Shown one piece after another: positions 48,876-58,636 of a DNA stretch of 64,000 bases. The number at the start of each line of letters is the position of its first letter. Position 1 is the stretch's first letter. Made by a program: the position numbers and the translations under genes. This DNA is from Thermoanaerobaculia bacterium (GTDB lineage: Bacteria > Acidobacteriota > Thermoanaerobaculia > Gp7-AA8): assembly GCA_035468985.1 (NCBI GenBank), contig DATISF010000064.1, forward strand, positions 225 to 64,224. Direction: 5' to 3'. The notes under the pieces are model-generated. The model was not told where the DNA came from. It saw only the letters and a list, made by a program, of their open reading frames with translations, and made no database searches.

Positions 48876-49643
48876 ATGTACAAAACGCTCCTCGTCGAGG
48901 AATCTGACGGCGTCCTCACCGTCACGCTCAACCGCCCCGACGTTCACAACGCTTTCAACGATGAGCTGATCGGCGAGGCGATCGAGGTGTTCGCGCGCGC
49001 GGGCGATTCGTCGGCGCGAGTCGTCGTTCTTCGCGGCAGCGGGCCGAATTTCTGCGCCGGCGCCGATCTCAACTGGATGTCGCGCATGGTCTCGTACACG
49101 CGCGAGGAGAACGTCCGCGATTCGTCGCATCTGGCGAAGATGTACGCGGTCATCAACGAATGTCCGCTGCCGGTCGTGGGGCGGATCACCGGCGCGGCGA
49201 TCGGCGGCGGAGTGGGACTGGTGGCGGTGTCCGACATCGCCATCGCGGCGCCGCAGGCGAAGTTCGGACTGTCGGAAGTGAAGCTCGGCATCATCCCCGC
49301 TGTGATCTCGCCGTACGTGATCGCAAAGATCGGCTCCTCGCATGCGCGGGCTCTTTTTCTCACCGGCGAGCGCTTCGATGCCGAGCGAGCGCAACGCATC
49401 GGGCTCATTCATCGCATTGTCGAGGACGTCGATGCGGCGGTTGCGGACGTGGTCGGACAGTTGAAGACGTCAGGGCCTCAGGCCGTGCGGGAATGCAAGA
49501 AATTGATCGCCCATGTGGCCTCCCATGAATTGATCGACTCGATTCCTTACACGATCGAGGCGATCGCCACGCGCCGCGTGTCGGAAGAGGGGCAGCAGGG
49601 AATGAAGGCATTTCTGGAGAAGAAGAAGGCACCGTGGGCGTAA
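48876..49643 (+). CDS. Enoyl-CoA hydratase/isomerase family (methylglutaconyl-CoA hydratase-like)
   Basis: Crotonase fold; FCAGADL motif. Confidence 0.75.
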   Translation: MYKTLLVEESDGVLTVTLNRPDVHNAFNDELIGEAIEVFARAGDSSARVVVLRGSGPNFCAGADLNWMSRMVSYTREENVRDSSHLAKMYAVINECPLPVVGRITGAAIGGGVGLVAVSDIAIAAPQAKFGLSEVKLGIIPAVISPYVIAKIGSSHARALFLTGERFDAERAQRIGLIHRIVEDVDAAVADVVGQLKTSGPQAVRECKKLIAHVASHELIDSIPYTIEAIATRRVSEEGQQGMKAFLEKKKAPWA

Positions 49644-51094
49644 CGAAGGTCCTCGTCGCCAACCGCGGCGAGATCGCCGTGCGCATCGCCCGCGCCTGTC
49701 GCGAAGCGCGCATCGCCTCGGTGCTCGCGTTTTCAGAGGCGGATGACACGCGATACGTGCGGCGATTTTTCGACGATGCCGTCCCGTTGTCGTCGTATCT
49801 CGACGTCAATGCCGTGATCGACGCGGCGCGCCGCGCCGGTGCAGACGCGATCCATCCCGGTTACGGATTTCTCTCCGAACGGCCGGAGCTCGCCGCCGCC
49901 TGCGACGACGCGAAGATCGCCTTCATCGGTCCGAAGGCGAAATCGATCGCGGCCATGGGCTCCAAAGCCGAATCCCGCCGCCTCATGCAGCGCCTCGGCG
50001 TCCCGGTCGTTCCCGGCTACGACGGCGAAGATCAGAAAGACGCGACGCTGGCGAACGAAGCAAAGCGCATCGGCTTTCCGGTTCTGATCAAGGCGTCGGC
50101 CGGCGGCGGCGGGAAGGGGATGAAGATCGTTCGCGAAGCCGCGGAGCTGCAGGGGCTCATCGAGTCCGCGCGGCGCGAAGCGAAGAAAGCATTCGGCGAT
50201 GACCGTCTGCTGCTCGAGAAATACATCGAGGAGCCGCGCCACGTCGAGGTGCAGGTCTTCGGCGACTCGCAAGGCGAGATCGTGCATCTCTTCGAACGCG
50301 ACTGCTCGATCCAGCGGCGGCATCAGAAAGTCGTCGAGGAATCGCCGGCGCCCGATTACTCCGACGAGCTGCGGCAGAAGATGACCGATGCGGCAGTCGC
50401 GGCCGCACGGGGCGTCGAGTACGAAAACGCCGGCACGGTCGAGTTCATCGTCACGCCCGACCGGCAGTTCTACTTTCTCGAGATGAACACGCGACTGCAG
50501 GTCGAGCATCCGGTGACCGAGCTGGTCACCGGCGTCGACCTCGTGCGTGCGCAGCTCGACGTTGCCGCCGGAAAGCCGCTTCCGTTCCGAGATGTGCATC
50601 AACGCGGGCACGCGATCGAGGTCCGCGTCTACGCCGAAGACCCCGACGATCGTTTTCTGCCGCAAACCGGTACGATCGAAGTTCTCTCCGAGCCGTCCGG
50701 GCCCGGCGTGCGCGTCGACTCCGGCGTCATGCAGGGGAGCGTTGTCGGCGTGAGCTTCGATCCGATGCTGGCGAAGCTGATCTGTTTCGCGCCGACGCGC
50801 GATGCCGCCATCGACCGCCTCGACCGCGCTCTCCGCGACTTCGTCATCCTCGGCGTCACGACGAATGTGTCGTGGTTGCGGCGCGTCGTGACGCATCGTG
50901 CCTTCCGCGATGGCAAAGTGAGCACGCGGTTCCTGCAGGATCACGAAGCGGATTTGCAGCGAACCGTTCCCGATGTCGTTCCGATCATCGCCGCAACGCT
51001 CGCAGCCGCCGGCGAGGCCCCGCCTCGAACCCTCGCCACCCCGCAACCGGGTGTGCGGTCGGTATGGGACTCCCTCGGCAACTGGGGCCGTTAG
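49634..51094 (+). CDS. Biotin carboxylase subunit of a biotin-dependent acyl-CoA carboxylase (no biotinyl domain)
   Basis: KVLVANRGEIAVRIARA N-terminus, ATP-grasp; GTG start overlapping upstream gene. Confidence 0.8.
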   Translation: MGVTKVLVANRGEIAVRIARACREARIASVLAFSEADDTRYVRRFFDDAVPLSSYLDVNAVIDAARRAGADAIHPGYGFLSERPELAAACDDAKIAFIGPKAKSIAAMGSKAESRRLMQRLGVPVVPGYDGEDQKDATLANEAKRIGFPVLIKASAGGGGKGMKIVREAAELQGLIESARREAKKAFGDDRLLLEKYIEEPRHVEVQVFGDSQGEIVHLFERDCSIQRRHQKVVEESPAPDYSDELRQKMTDAAVAAARGVEYENAGTVEFIVTPDRQFYFLEMNTRLQVEHPVTELVTGVDLVRAQLDVAAGKPLPFRDVHQRGHAIEVRVYAEDPDDRFLPQTGTIEVLSEPSGPGVRVDSGVMQGSVVGVSFDPMLAKLICFAPTRDAAIDRLDRALRDFVILGVTTNVSWLRRVVTHRAFRDGKVSTRFLQDHEADLQRTVPDVVPIIAATLAAAGEAPPRTLATPQPGVRSVWDSLGNWGR

Positions 51095-51906
51095 TCCCGC
51101 CGTCCCAGCCACTCCGGCGCGCGGACGCGTCCCGTGATCCCGCAGAGGATCAGCAGCGTGACGACGTAGGGCGTCGCCAGCAGCAGGTGAAAGGCGATCC
51201 CGCGGTTCGCAGCCTGGAGCGCGTACTGCAGCGCCGCGACGATGCCGAAGAGCGCCGTTCCGGCGATGCTCCCGCGCACCGACCAGCGGCCGAAGATCAC
51301 CACGGAAAGCGCGATGAACCCGCGGCCCGCCGTCATGTTCTCCGCGAATCCGTTCGACAACGCGAGCGCGAGATGTGAGCCCGCGAGTCCGACGAGCACG
51401 GCCTCGATCGCCAGGGCGATCCATCGATAGCGTGCTGGCGACCATCTCGCCGCGCGCATCGTTTCAGGATTCTCGCCGGCCGCGCGCAGCCGGAGTCCTC
51501 CGCTCGTCCACCAGAGAAACAGCGCGATGGCGATCGGAATGACGATCCAGGCGAGCGGCGTGATCGCGTCGGTGTTGATCCGTGGAACGGGACGCGCCTG
51601 CATCTCGCGATACGCGAAGCCCGTGGCGCCGAGAACCAGGAGGTTGATGGCGGTGCCGGTGACGATCTGATCGGCGTTGAGCACGATCACGAACACGCCG
51701 AAGAGGAACGCGACGAACGCCGCGGCCATGATGCCGGTGATCACACCGCCGAACGCCGCTCCGAATGCGGCCGCGAGCATCATTCCTTCGATGCCCAGGT
51801 TGATGATGCCGCTGCGTTGGACGACGAGCTCTCCCTCGACCGCGAGGAGCAGGGGAGTCGACGCCACGATGGCCAGCGGGATCGAGTGGAGGAGGATCTC
51901 AAGCAT
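51091..51906 (-). CDS. ABC transporter permease (BMP-family nucleoside/sugar system)
   Basis: Multi-TM, operon with ATPase and BMP SBP. Confidence 0.7.
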   Translation of the reverse strand: MLEILLHSIPLAIVASTPLLLAVEGELVVQRSGIINLGIEGMMLAAAFGAAFGGVITGIMAAAFVAFLFGVFVIVLNADQIVTGTAINLLVLGATGFAYREMQARPVPRINTDAITPLAWIVIPIAIALFLWWTSGGLRLRAAGENPETMRAARWSPARYRWIALAIEAVLVGLAGSHLALALSNGFAENMTAGRGFIALSVVIFGRWSVRGSIAGTALFGIVAALQYALQAANRGIAFHLLLATPYVVTLLILCGITGRVRAPEWLGRRD

Positions 51907-52861
51907 GGCCTCTCCTCCACGACACCGCGATGATCACGAGAATGGCGACGGCCTGGCCGAACGTCGCGATCGACGCGGAGATGTCGGCGGATCGCTGCAG
52001 CTCTCCGGCTCCCGTCGTCAGCGCCGCAAAGAAAAGCGCCGAGGCGATGCTGGCAATCGGATCGAGCTGGCCGAGGAGCGCGACGGCGATTCCCGAGTAT
52101 CCGTAACCCGCTGCGAAGCGCTCGAAGAGACGGTGCGTGACGCCCAGCAGCTCGATCCCGCCGGCGATGCCGGAGATCGCGCCGGAAATCGCCACGGCCC
52201 GCACCAGTTGGGCGCCGACGTGGATTCCGGCATTGCGCGCCGCATCGGGATTGAAACCGGTGGCGCGAAGCCGCAGGCCTTCGGTCGTGCGGTAGAGCAG
52301 CCACCAGCTCGCGGCGGCGATGACGATCGCCAGCGGAAATCCGACGTGGACCTGACCGATCGCCGGCAACGCCGACGCGGCCGCGTCGGTCTGCGGGTAC
52401 TGGCCGCTCGCTTCGCGCAGCGGTCCGTTCACGCACCAGCCGAGGAGGTGGATGGCGATGAAATTGAGGAGGATCGTGGTCAGAACTTCCGGCGCGTTGC
52501 GCCACAGCCGCATCGCCGAGGCGATCGACGCCCAGAGCGCGCCGGCGATGGCAGCGGCGATGAGGGCCGGGACGTACCCGAAGGGAGAGGCGATCAGCGC
52601 CGCGATCGCGCCCGTGATGAACTGTCCTTCGGCGCCGATGTTCCACGCTCCGGCGCGGAAGGCGATCACCACGCTCAGCCCGGTCAGCAGCAGGGGAACG
52701 GATTTGAGGAGCGTTCCTTCGATCGCGAAACGCGATCCGATCGATCCCTCGAACAGCGTGCGCAGAACGAGCGTCGGGGAGTGGCCGAAGGCGGCGGCAG
52801 ATCCTGCGAGCAACGCGATCGCGCCGAGGCAGGCGAGAACCGGCAGCGCCGCGCGCTTCAC
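51899..52861 (-). CDS. ABC transporter permease (BMP-family system)
   Basis: Multi-TM, 8-nt overlap with downstream permease. Confidence 0.7.
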   Translation of the reverse strand: MKRAALPVLACLGAIALLAGSAAAFGHSPTLVLRTLFEGSIGSRFAIEGTLLKSVPLLLTGLSVVIAFRAGAWNIGAEGQFITGAIAALIASPFGYVPALIAAAIAGALWASIASAMRLWRNAPEVLTTILLNFIAIHLLGWCVNGPLREASGQYPQTDAAASALPAIGQVHVGFPLAIVIAAASWWLLYRTTEGLRLRATGFNPDAARNAGIHVGAQLVRAVAISGAISGIAGGIELLGVTHRLFERFAAGYGYSGIAVALLGQLDPIASIASALFFAALTTGAGELQRSADISASIATFGQAVAILVIIAVSWRRGHA

Positions 52862-54174
52862 GCCACTCCCGCCATCAGTGCCGCGACGCGATCCGATGCT
52901 TCCCGCGGCGTCATCCGCTCGCTCAGCCGCCCGCGGTAGATGACGTGAATTCCATCGGCGAGCGCAAACGCTTCATCGAGATCCGAGGTGATGAGAAGGA
53001 TCGCTGCTCCGGCGGCCGCCGCGATCCGCAGTTGTTCGTGGACGAAGCGCGTCGCTTCGATGTCGAGTCCGCGCGTCGGTTCCGATGCCACGATCACTTC
53101 GGGACGCCGGTCGAGCTCGCGCGCGAGGACCACCTTCTGCTGATTGCCGCCCGAGAGCTCACCGGCGAGTTGCAGCGGCCCACGCGCCTTGATGTTGTAG
53201 AGGTTGATGAGCCGTTCGGCGCGCACGCGTGCGTCAGCCGGCCGCCATCGCCGCGAGCCGAGGGCGATGTTCTCGGCGATGGTCATCTCCGCGATCAGCG
53301 CATCGCGGGTCCGATCCTCGGGGATGAATCCGGAGTTTCGCGCCAGAGCTCGCACGCGCTCCGCCAGCTCGCGTTGTCCGTTGCCCGCGACGCCGACGAT
53401 GGCCAGGATTTCCGTCGCCTTGAGCGTCAGCGTCCCGAGCACGACCCTCACCCCGGTTTCGCCATGCCCTCTCCCCCGTGCCGGAGAGGGCGGCCGAAGG
53501 CCGGGTGAGGGTTCTGCGACCATCGCCTGCGCGATCTCGTCCGCGGTCAATCCCTCCGGCGTGTCGAGTACCACCCGCCCGCGCCGCATCACGACCAGCC
53601 GCGACGCCACCTCCATCACCTCGGCGATCTTGTGCGTGATGAAGACGACCGCTGTTCCGGCAGAAGCAAGCTCGCGGATCAGCCGAAAGAGGTCGGCGGA
53701 TTCGAGCGGGGTGAGCACGGACGTCGGCTCGTCGAGAATCAGCAGCTCCGGTTTGGCGGCAACAGCCTTGATCAGCTCGAGCTTGGCGCGCTCGCCGACG
53801 CTGAGATCCGACGCTCGCCGCCTCACGTCCTGAAGATCGATGCCGGTTGCCTCGATCGTCGCTTTGGCTTCGCGCTCGAGCGTCGCCCGCGACGCGAAGC
53901 GCAGCCGGCGATCGCCGGCGAGCGCGAGATTCTCGGCGATTGTGAAGTTCGAAACGAGCGCGAAGTGTTGGTGGACGATGCCCGTACGGGGCGGCCGCTC
54001 GATCGCGCCGGCATCGGGCTTGATCTCGCCCGCGACCATGCGCATCAGCGTGGTCTTGCCGGCGCCGTTTTCTCCGAGAAGGCCGACGATCTCGCCGCGC
54101 TCGATGCGGAGCGAGACGTCGTCGACGGCTACGGTTGGCCCGAACGATTTCTTGATGTGTTCGAGGATGAGCAT
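52858..54174 (-). CDS. ABC transporter ATP-binding protein with two nucleotide-binding domains (second degenerate)
   Basis: GENGAGKTT Walker A, LSGGNQQKV signature; start at MLILEHI. Confidence 0.8.
   Translation of the reverse strand: MLILEHIKKSFGPTVAVDDVSLRIERGEIVGLLGENGAGKTTLMRMVAGEIKPDAGAIERPPRTGIVHQHFALVSNFTIAENLALAGDRRLRFASRATLEREAKATIEATGIDLQDVRRRASDLSVGERAKLELIKAVAAKPELLILDEPTSVLTPLESADLFRLIRELASAGTAVVFITHKIAEVMEVASRLVVMRRGRVVLDTPEGLTADEIAQAMVAEPSPGLRPPSPARGRGHGETGVRVVLGTLTLKATEILAIVGVAGNGQRELAERVRALARNSGFIPEDRTRDALIAEMTIAENIALGSRRWRPADARVRAERLINLYNIKARGPLQLAGELSGGNQQKVVLARELDRRPEVIVASEPTRGLDIEATRFVHEQLRIAAAAGAAILLITSDLDEAFALADGIHVIYRGRLSERMTPREASDRVAALMAGVA
53444..53513. repeat. Nested palindrome inserted in frame in ATPase inter-domain linker
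   Basis: ACCCTCACCCCGG...GCCCTCTCCCCCGTGCCGGAGAGGGC...CCGGGTGAGGGTT. Confidence 0.7.
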
Positions 54175-54190
54175 TCTGGGTCGACCTGCG

Positions 54191-54330
54191 AAACCTCTGA
54201 ACAAGTCGTCATCCTGAGTCGGCGAAGCGCGACGAAGGATCTCAGGATGCGAAAACGCCTGCCATTTCGAGATCCTTCGCCGTCTTCGCGGCTCAGGATG
54301 ACGTGAACAACGACTTGTTCAGAGCTTCCC
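54191..54330. repeat. REP/MITE-like element copy I (full length)
   Basis: AAACCTCTGAACAAGTCGTCATCCTGAG...GGCTCAGGATGACGTGAACAACGACTTGTTCAGAGCTTCCC. Confidence 0.85.
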
Positions 54331-54492
54331 TAGTGTCCTGTCATCGAGAAATCGATACCCTCTCGCTTGCTCCCGACGGCGATCGCTGCGTTGCGCCTCC
54401 TCGACCTGGTCACCACGATGCCTGCGTCGGCGCGCCTTGCGCTCACCGCCGATTGCGGCGCGATCTGGTACCGATTTCCCGATGACAGGACG

Positions 54493-55464
54493 CTAGAACC
54501 CCCGCGGCACCTTCACCGCACCGCTCCGAATGCCCTTCTCGACCCGCTCCACCTCGGCGACAGTCTGCGGCGACATCGTCGCCTTCAGCTTCTCGTTCCA
54601 GACCAGCGACACGATGCCCTCGTTCATTCCGAAGTACTGCACGCCCGGTTTGAACTGCTTGTCGCGCACGGTCTCAGCCATTTTCACGAACGCAGAGGGA
54701 ACGTCGAGCACGGCGGAGGCGACGATCACGTCGGGCGCGAGGTCGTTCTGATTCTTGTTCGATCCGAAGCAGCGGACCTTCCGCTCCGAGCAGGCCTGAA
54801 AAACGCCGCGACCGGCCTCGTTGGCCTGGTGGAAGATGAAGTCGCATCCGGCGTTGATCAGCGACAGGGTGGCCAGCCGGGCCGCGCCGAGGTCGTCGAA
54901 GTTTCCGGTGTACACCTCTTTGACCTCGAACTTCGGGTTCACCGATTGCGCTCCCGCCTTGAACGCCAGGAACGTCGATGCGATGGACGGCAGGTTGATG
55001 CCGCCGACGAGGCCGGCCTTGCCCGTCTTCGACTCGCGCGCGGAGATGACGCCGAGGAGATAGGTGGCCTGCTCGAGCTCGAAGACCATCGGGGCGACGT
55101 TTTTCGCGACCGATTTGCCCGACGTCGTGATGAACACCGTATTGGGATACTGCTTGCCCGCCGCGAGCGCGGCATCCTGAAACTCGAAGCCGTGGCCGAA
55201 GGCGAGATCGAATCCGCGCGCGCCGTATGAGCGGAACCCTTCTTCGAACTCGGCCGGCGTTTTCGTCTCCTGATGCGAGACCTCCGCGCCGAGCTTCTGC
55301 TTGATCCGCTGGAGCCCTTCGTAGGCGATCGCGTTCCAGCCGTTGTCGTTGACGGAGCCCGGCGTGAGAAGGCCGACCTTGAACGGCCTCGGGCCCCGGG
55401 GCTCGGGGCTCGGTTGGTTGCAGGCGAATGCCGCGAGTAGGACAAACAGGGCTGCTCGTTTCAT
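54493..55464 (-). CDS. BMP-family (Med/PnrA-like) ABC substrate-binding lipoprotein
   Basis: Lipobox FACN; BMP fold; heptamer-array insertion at 55385-55415 encodes PSPEPRGPRP linker. Confidence 0.75.
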   Translation of the reverse strand: MKRAALFVLLAAFACNQPSPEPRGPRPFKVGLLTPGSVNDNGWNAIAYEGLQRIKQKLGAEVSHQETKTPAEFEEGFRSYGARGFDLAFGHGFEFQDAALAAGKQYPNTVFITTSGKSVAKNVAPMVFELEQATYLLGVISARESKTGKAGLVGGINLPSIASTFLAFKAGAQSVNPKFEVKEVYTGNFDDLGAARLATLSLINAGCDFIFHQANEAGRGVFQACSERKVRCFGSNKNQNDLAPDVIVASAVLDVPSAFVKMAETVRDKQFKPGVQYFGMNEGIVSLVWNEKLKATMSPQTVAEVERVEKGIRSGAVKVPRGF

Positions 55465-55540
55465 CGGAGCGATTCTACTGACAACTGACAACCGAGAACC
55501 GGTTGTGATACACCGTCACCCTCATTCGAAGGAGACGGCG

Positions 55541-55735
55541 ATGGACGAGATCGATCGCGACGACGAGGACGATTACGAAGACGAGCAGATCGAGCAGATG
55601 ATCATCGACAACGGCATTCTCCTGCACAGCCTGGCCACCCTTCTGGTTCGCAAAGGCATCCTGAAGCAGGAAGAGATCGACGCCGAGATGGACCGTCTCT
55701 ACGATGAGATGGAGAGCTTCGATCAACAGAGCTGA
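55541..55735 (+). CDS. Small highly acidic hypothetical protein (64 aa)
   Basis: GGAGAC RBS; MDEIDRDDEDDYEDEQIEQM...; no known motif. Confidence 0.45.
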   Translation: MDEIDRDDEDDYEDEQIEQMIIDNGILLHSLATLLVRKGILKQEEIDAEMDRLYDEMESFDQQS

Positions 55736-55819
55736 GCCGAGGGAATAGCGAACCGCGAACGCTGTTTGCGCCGTGAGACTCAGCCTCACTTTTTCAAATC
55801 CCTGCGACGAGGAATCTGA

Positions 55820-57409
55820 ATGAAGAACATGTTCCGCATCCTGATCGTCAGCACGGTTCTGACGATCATTGCCGGCGCTGCGTTCGCGCAGCTCTCGCCG
55901 GAGTATCGCGATTGGGCCAAGGGCCCCGTCCAGTTCATCATGACCGCGGACGAGCAGGCGAAGTTCAGCCAGATCAAGACCGACGCCGATGCGAAGGCGT
56001 TCGTCGATCTGTTCTGGGCCCGCCGCGATCCGACGCCCGGAACTCCGCAGAACGAGTACCAGGCTGACTTCGAGCAGCGAGTGAAGTACGCCGACGAGCA
56101 CTTCAACGAGGGTCGCCGCAAAGGCTCGCTCACCGATCGCGGACGCATCCTCATGCTGCTCAGCGCGCCGAGCCGTATCGAGCGCAGCGGAGCGCAGTCC
56201 ACCACCGGCGTCGGAATCCCCGGCGAAGGCCGTGGAGCCGACCAGAACATGCCGAAGCAGGTGTGGGTCTACGACAAGCCGCCTGTGAGCCTCGGCCCGG
56301 CAGCCTCGCGAATCTCGTTCGTCGACCAGTTCCAGAACGGGATGTGGTCGCTCGAGCGCGGCACGGGCCTCGACGTCATGGACGTGACGCGCCGCGTGCA
56401 GCAGGCCACGATCGTCTCGCCGAACCTGACCGAAGCGCCGAAGGCGCAGGCGGCTCCCGCCGCGTCCGCGCAGACCCTTCCGGTGACTCCGCCCGCTCCC
56501 TCGACCGCCGCCGGCATCGGCACCATCAAGACGGCGTCGCTGAAGACGGCCATCGATGAGTTCAAAGCCGCGAAGAGCAGTCCGTACAAGTCGATCTCGG
56601 TGGGCTACACCGAGCTGCTCTCGCCGACGGGCGAGTTCTTCGTTCCCGTCCAGCTTTATGTCCCGAAGTCCGCGGAATTGACCGCCGCGCAGGTGACGAC
56701 GTTCTTCGGCACGGTTGAAGATGCGACGGGCAACGCGGTGGCGATGTTCGAGGAGCCGGCGACGCTCTCGACTTCGAATGGCGATCTCTATTTCGACCGC
56801 TCGCTCACGAACCTCAAGCCCGGCACCTACAAGGCGATCCTCGGCCTGTCCGACAAGGACGGAAAGCCGGTCGTCATCACCAGCGCGCCGATGGAGCTGA
56901 AGGCGCTGGCGAAGGAGGAGACGGCGATCTCCCGTCTCGTGCTCTCCAGCGATGTCCATCAGACCGAGACGGCCGCCGTGGCCGGAGCGCCGTACGCGTT
57001 CGGCCGCGTGAAGATCGTCCCGAAGGGCGACCACAACTTCACCAACAAGGACGAGCTCACATATTTCATCGAGATCGTCAATCCCGGCATCGACGAGGCG
57101 ACGAACATGCCGAAGCTGCAGGTGAAGCTCGAGCTGGTCGGCACCGGAACGAAAGAGAAGCCCGGCCGCACGATCAGCGCGCCGATCACCGACGCCACTC
57201 CGCTGCCGCTGACCGGCGCTCCCGGGCCCGGCCAGTACGCGATCATGGCCGGCATTCCTCTCGGCGAGATGAAGACGCCTCTTCCCGCGGGCGATTACAC
57301 GCTGCGCGTGAAGGTCTACGATCAGGTGAAGAAGCTGAGCTGGACCGCGGAGCAGCCGCTGAAGTTGACGGCTGCGGCGGCGGCGCCGGCGACGACGACG
57401 TCGAAGTAG
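55820..57409 (+). CDS. Secreted GWxTD-like domain protein (variant GSLTDRGRI), paralog 1
   Basis: [16 protein letters not shown]...RVKYADEHF...GSLTDRGRI pattern; signal peptide; beta-rich C-terminus. Confidence 0.55.
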   Translation: MKNMFRILIVSTVLTIIAGAAFAQLSPEYRDWAKGPVQFIMTADEQAKFSQIKTDADAKAFVDLFWARRDPTPGTPQNEYQADFEQRVKYADEHFNEGRRKGSLTDRGRILMLLSAPSRIERSGAQSTTGVGIPGEGRGADQNMPKQVWVYDKPPVSLGPAASRISFVDQFQNGMWSLERGTGLDVMDVTRRVQQATIVSPNLTEAPKAQAAPAASAQTLPVTPPAPSTAAGIGTIKTASLKTAIDEFKAAKSSPYKSISVGYTELLSPTGEFFVPVQLYVPKSAELTAAQVTTFFGTVEDATGNAVAMFEEPATLSTSNGDLYFDRSLTNLKPGTYKAILGLSDKDGKPVVITSAPMELKALAKEETAISRLVLSSDVHQTETAAVAGAPYAFGRVKIVPKGDHNFTNKDELTYFIEIVNPGIDEATNMPKLQVKLELVGTGTKEKPGRTISAPITDATPLPLTGAPGPGQYAIMAGIPLGEMKTPLPAGDYTLRVKVYDQVKKLSWTAEQPLKLTAAAAAPATTTSK

Positions 57410-57494
57410 ACAACAAGGTCAGGTCATAGGTCTCGGGGGCCTCGTGCCTCAGGCGAGGCAGCCCCCGAGACCCGTGAGCCGAGACCGGGTACCC

Positions 57495-58631
57495 ATGAAA
57501 TCCTTCCTCCTCGCAGTCCTCACTCTCAGCGTGGCTCTCACGCTCACGGCGCAAACCAAGCCCCGCGAATTCGGCAACGGTCCCGCCAGGTGGCTCATGA
57601 CCGCGGACGAGCAGAAGGCGTGGCGGAACGTGAAGACGGACGACGAGGCGATCGACTTCATCGATCTTTTCTTCGCGCGACGCGACCCGACGCCGGGCAC
57701 GCCGCGCAACGAATTCCGGCAGGAATACGAGAACCGCGTCGCCTACGCGGAGAGGGAGTTCAAGGAGGGTTCCACGCGCGGCTCCCTGACCGAGCGTGGC
57801 CGCGTCATCGTCGTTCTCGGATTTCCCACGGAGATGGGCAACAAGATGCAGTCGCGGACGGCGGAGTTCACGACCGTGCAGGGTTTCGAACCGGGGGACC
57901 CCACCGGTGGCCGCACCATGGCGGCGAAAGATACGTGGACTTACACACACGAAGCGTCCGAGAAATTCGGTATGCCGAAGATCGAGGTCGTGTTCATCTT
58001 CGACAGGCTCGGCGAGAGAGCGCGGCGCGATCCGCAGCGCACCGACTTCACCTCCGCGTTACCCGGTGCCATCAAGAGCTACATCGTCTCTCCCGATCTG
58101 AAGACGGTTCCGGAGTGGGCGTCCTCGCGCGCGAGCCGGTTGGGTGTCGCGCCCCAGGATCACATCGAGACGGTCGTCACGGTGGAGAAGGTGAGAAAGG
58201 GACAGGTCATCGTCGACGCGCCGCGTCCCGTCGCTCTCCCCGCGGGCGCCGGGAAACTGACGCTCGTGAGCGATCCGGCGGTCCTGCAGCCACAGAGCGG
58301 AGGGGATCCGTTCGGTGCGCTCGCATCGCTTGCGTCGTTCAAGAGATCACAAGACCTCGGCTGGGCAGCCGAGTATTGCTCGGGTGAGATCGCCGAGAAC
58401 CCGCCGAGCGTCAAAGTGCAGATCCAGCTCGTGGGTAAGGACGGCACCAGCACGTCGGACCCCGAGGAGTTCGTGCCCGATTCGATCAAGGCCTCGCCGG
58501 GGTGCTATCTGCTGCGGGGCAGCGTGCCGCTGACCGATATCGATCCCGGCCCGCACACGCTGAGGGTGAGTATCACCAGCGGTCCGGGGCCGTCGAAGTA
58601 CAATCTCACGCGCGAGTTCCAGGTGGAGTGA
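57495..58631 (+). CDS. Secreted GWxTD-like domain protein (GSLTERGRV), paralog 2
   Basis: [16 protein letters not shown]...RVAYAEREF...GSLTERGRV. Confidence 0.55.
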   Translation: MKSFLLAVLTLSVALTLTAQTKPREFGNGPARWLMTADEQKAWRNVKTDDEAIDFIDLFFARRDPTPGTPRNEFRQEYENRVAYAEREFKEGSTRGSLTERGRVIVVLGFPTEMGNKMQSRTAEFTTVQGFEPGDPTGGRTMAAKDTWTYTHEASEKFGMPKIEVVFIFDRLGERARRDPQRTDFTSALPGAIKSYIVSPDLKTVPEWASSRASRLGVAPQDHIETVVTVEKVRKGQVIVDAPRPVALPAGAGKLTLVSDPAVLQPQSGGDPFGALASLASFKRSQDLGWAAEYCSGEIAENPPSVKVQIQLVGKDGTSTSDPEEFVPDSIKASPGCYLLRGSVPLTDIDPGPHTLRVSITSGPGPSKYNLTREFQVE

Positions 58632-58636
58632 GCCAG

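Noticed and set aside
47407-48876. 489-aa minus-strand ORF antisense to S8 protease
   Set aside because: Arg/Asp-rich artefact opposite a gene with canonical D/H/S subtilase motifs.
49733-51445. 570-aa minus-strand ORF antisense to biotin carboxylase
   Set aside because: Antisense to an unmistakable ATP-grasp biotin carboxylase.
55475-57034. 519-aa minus-strand ORF antisense to GWxTD-like gene
   Set aside because: Arg-rich artefact. Plus strand has signal peptides, RBS and conserved paralogous domain.
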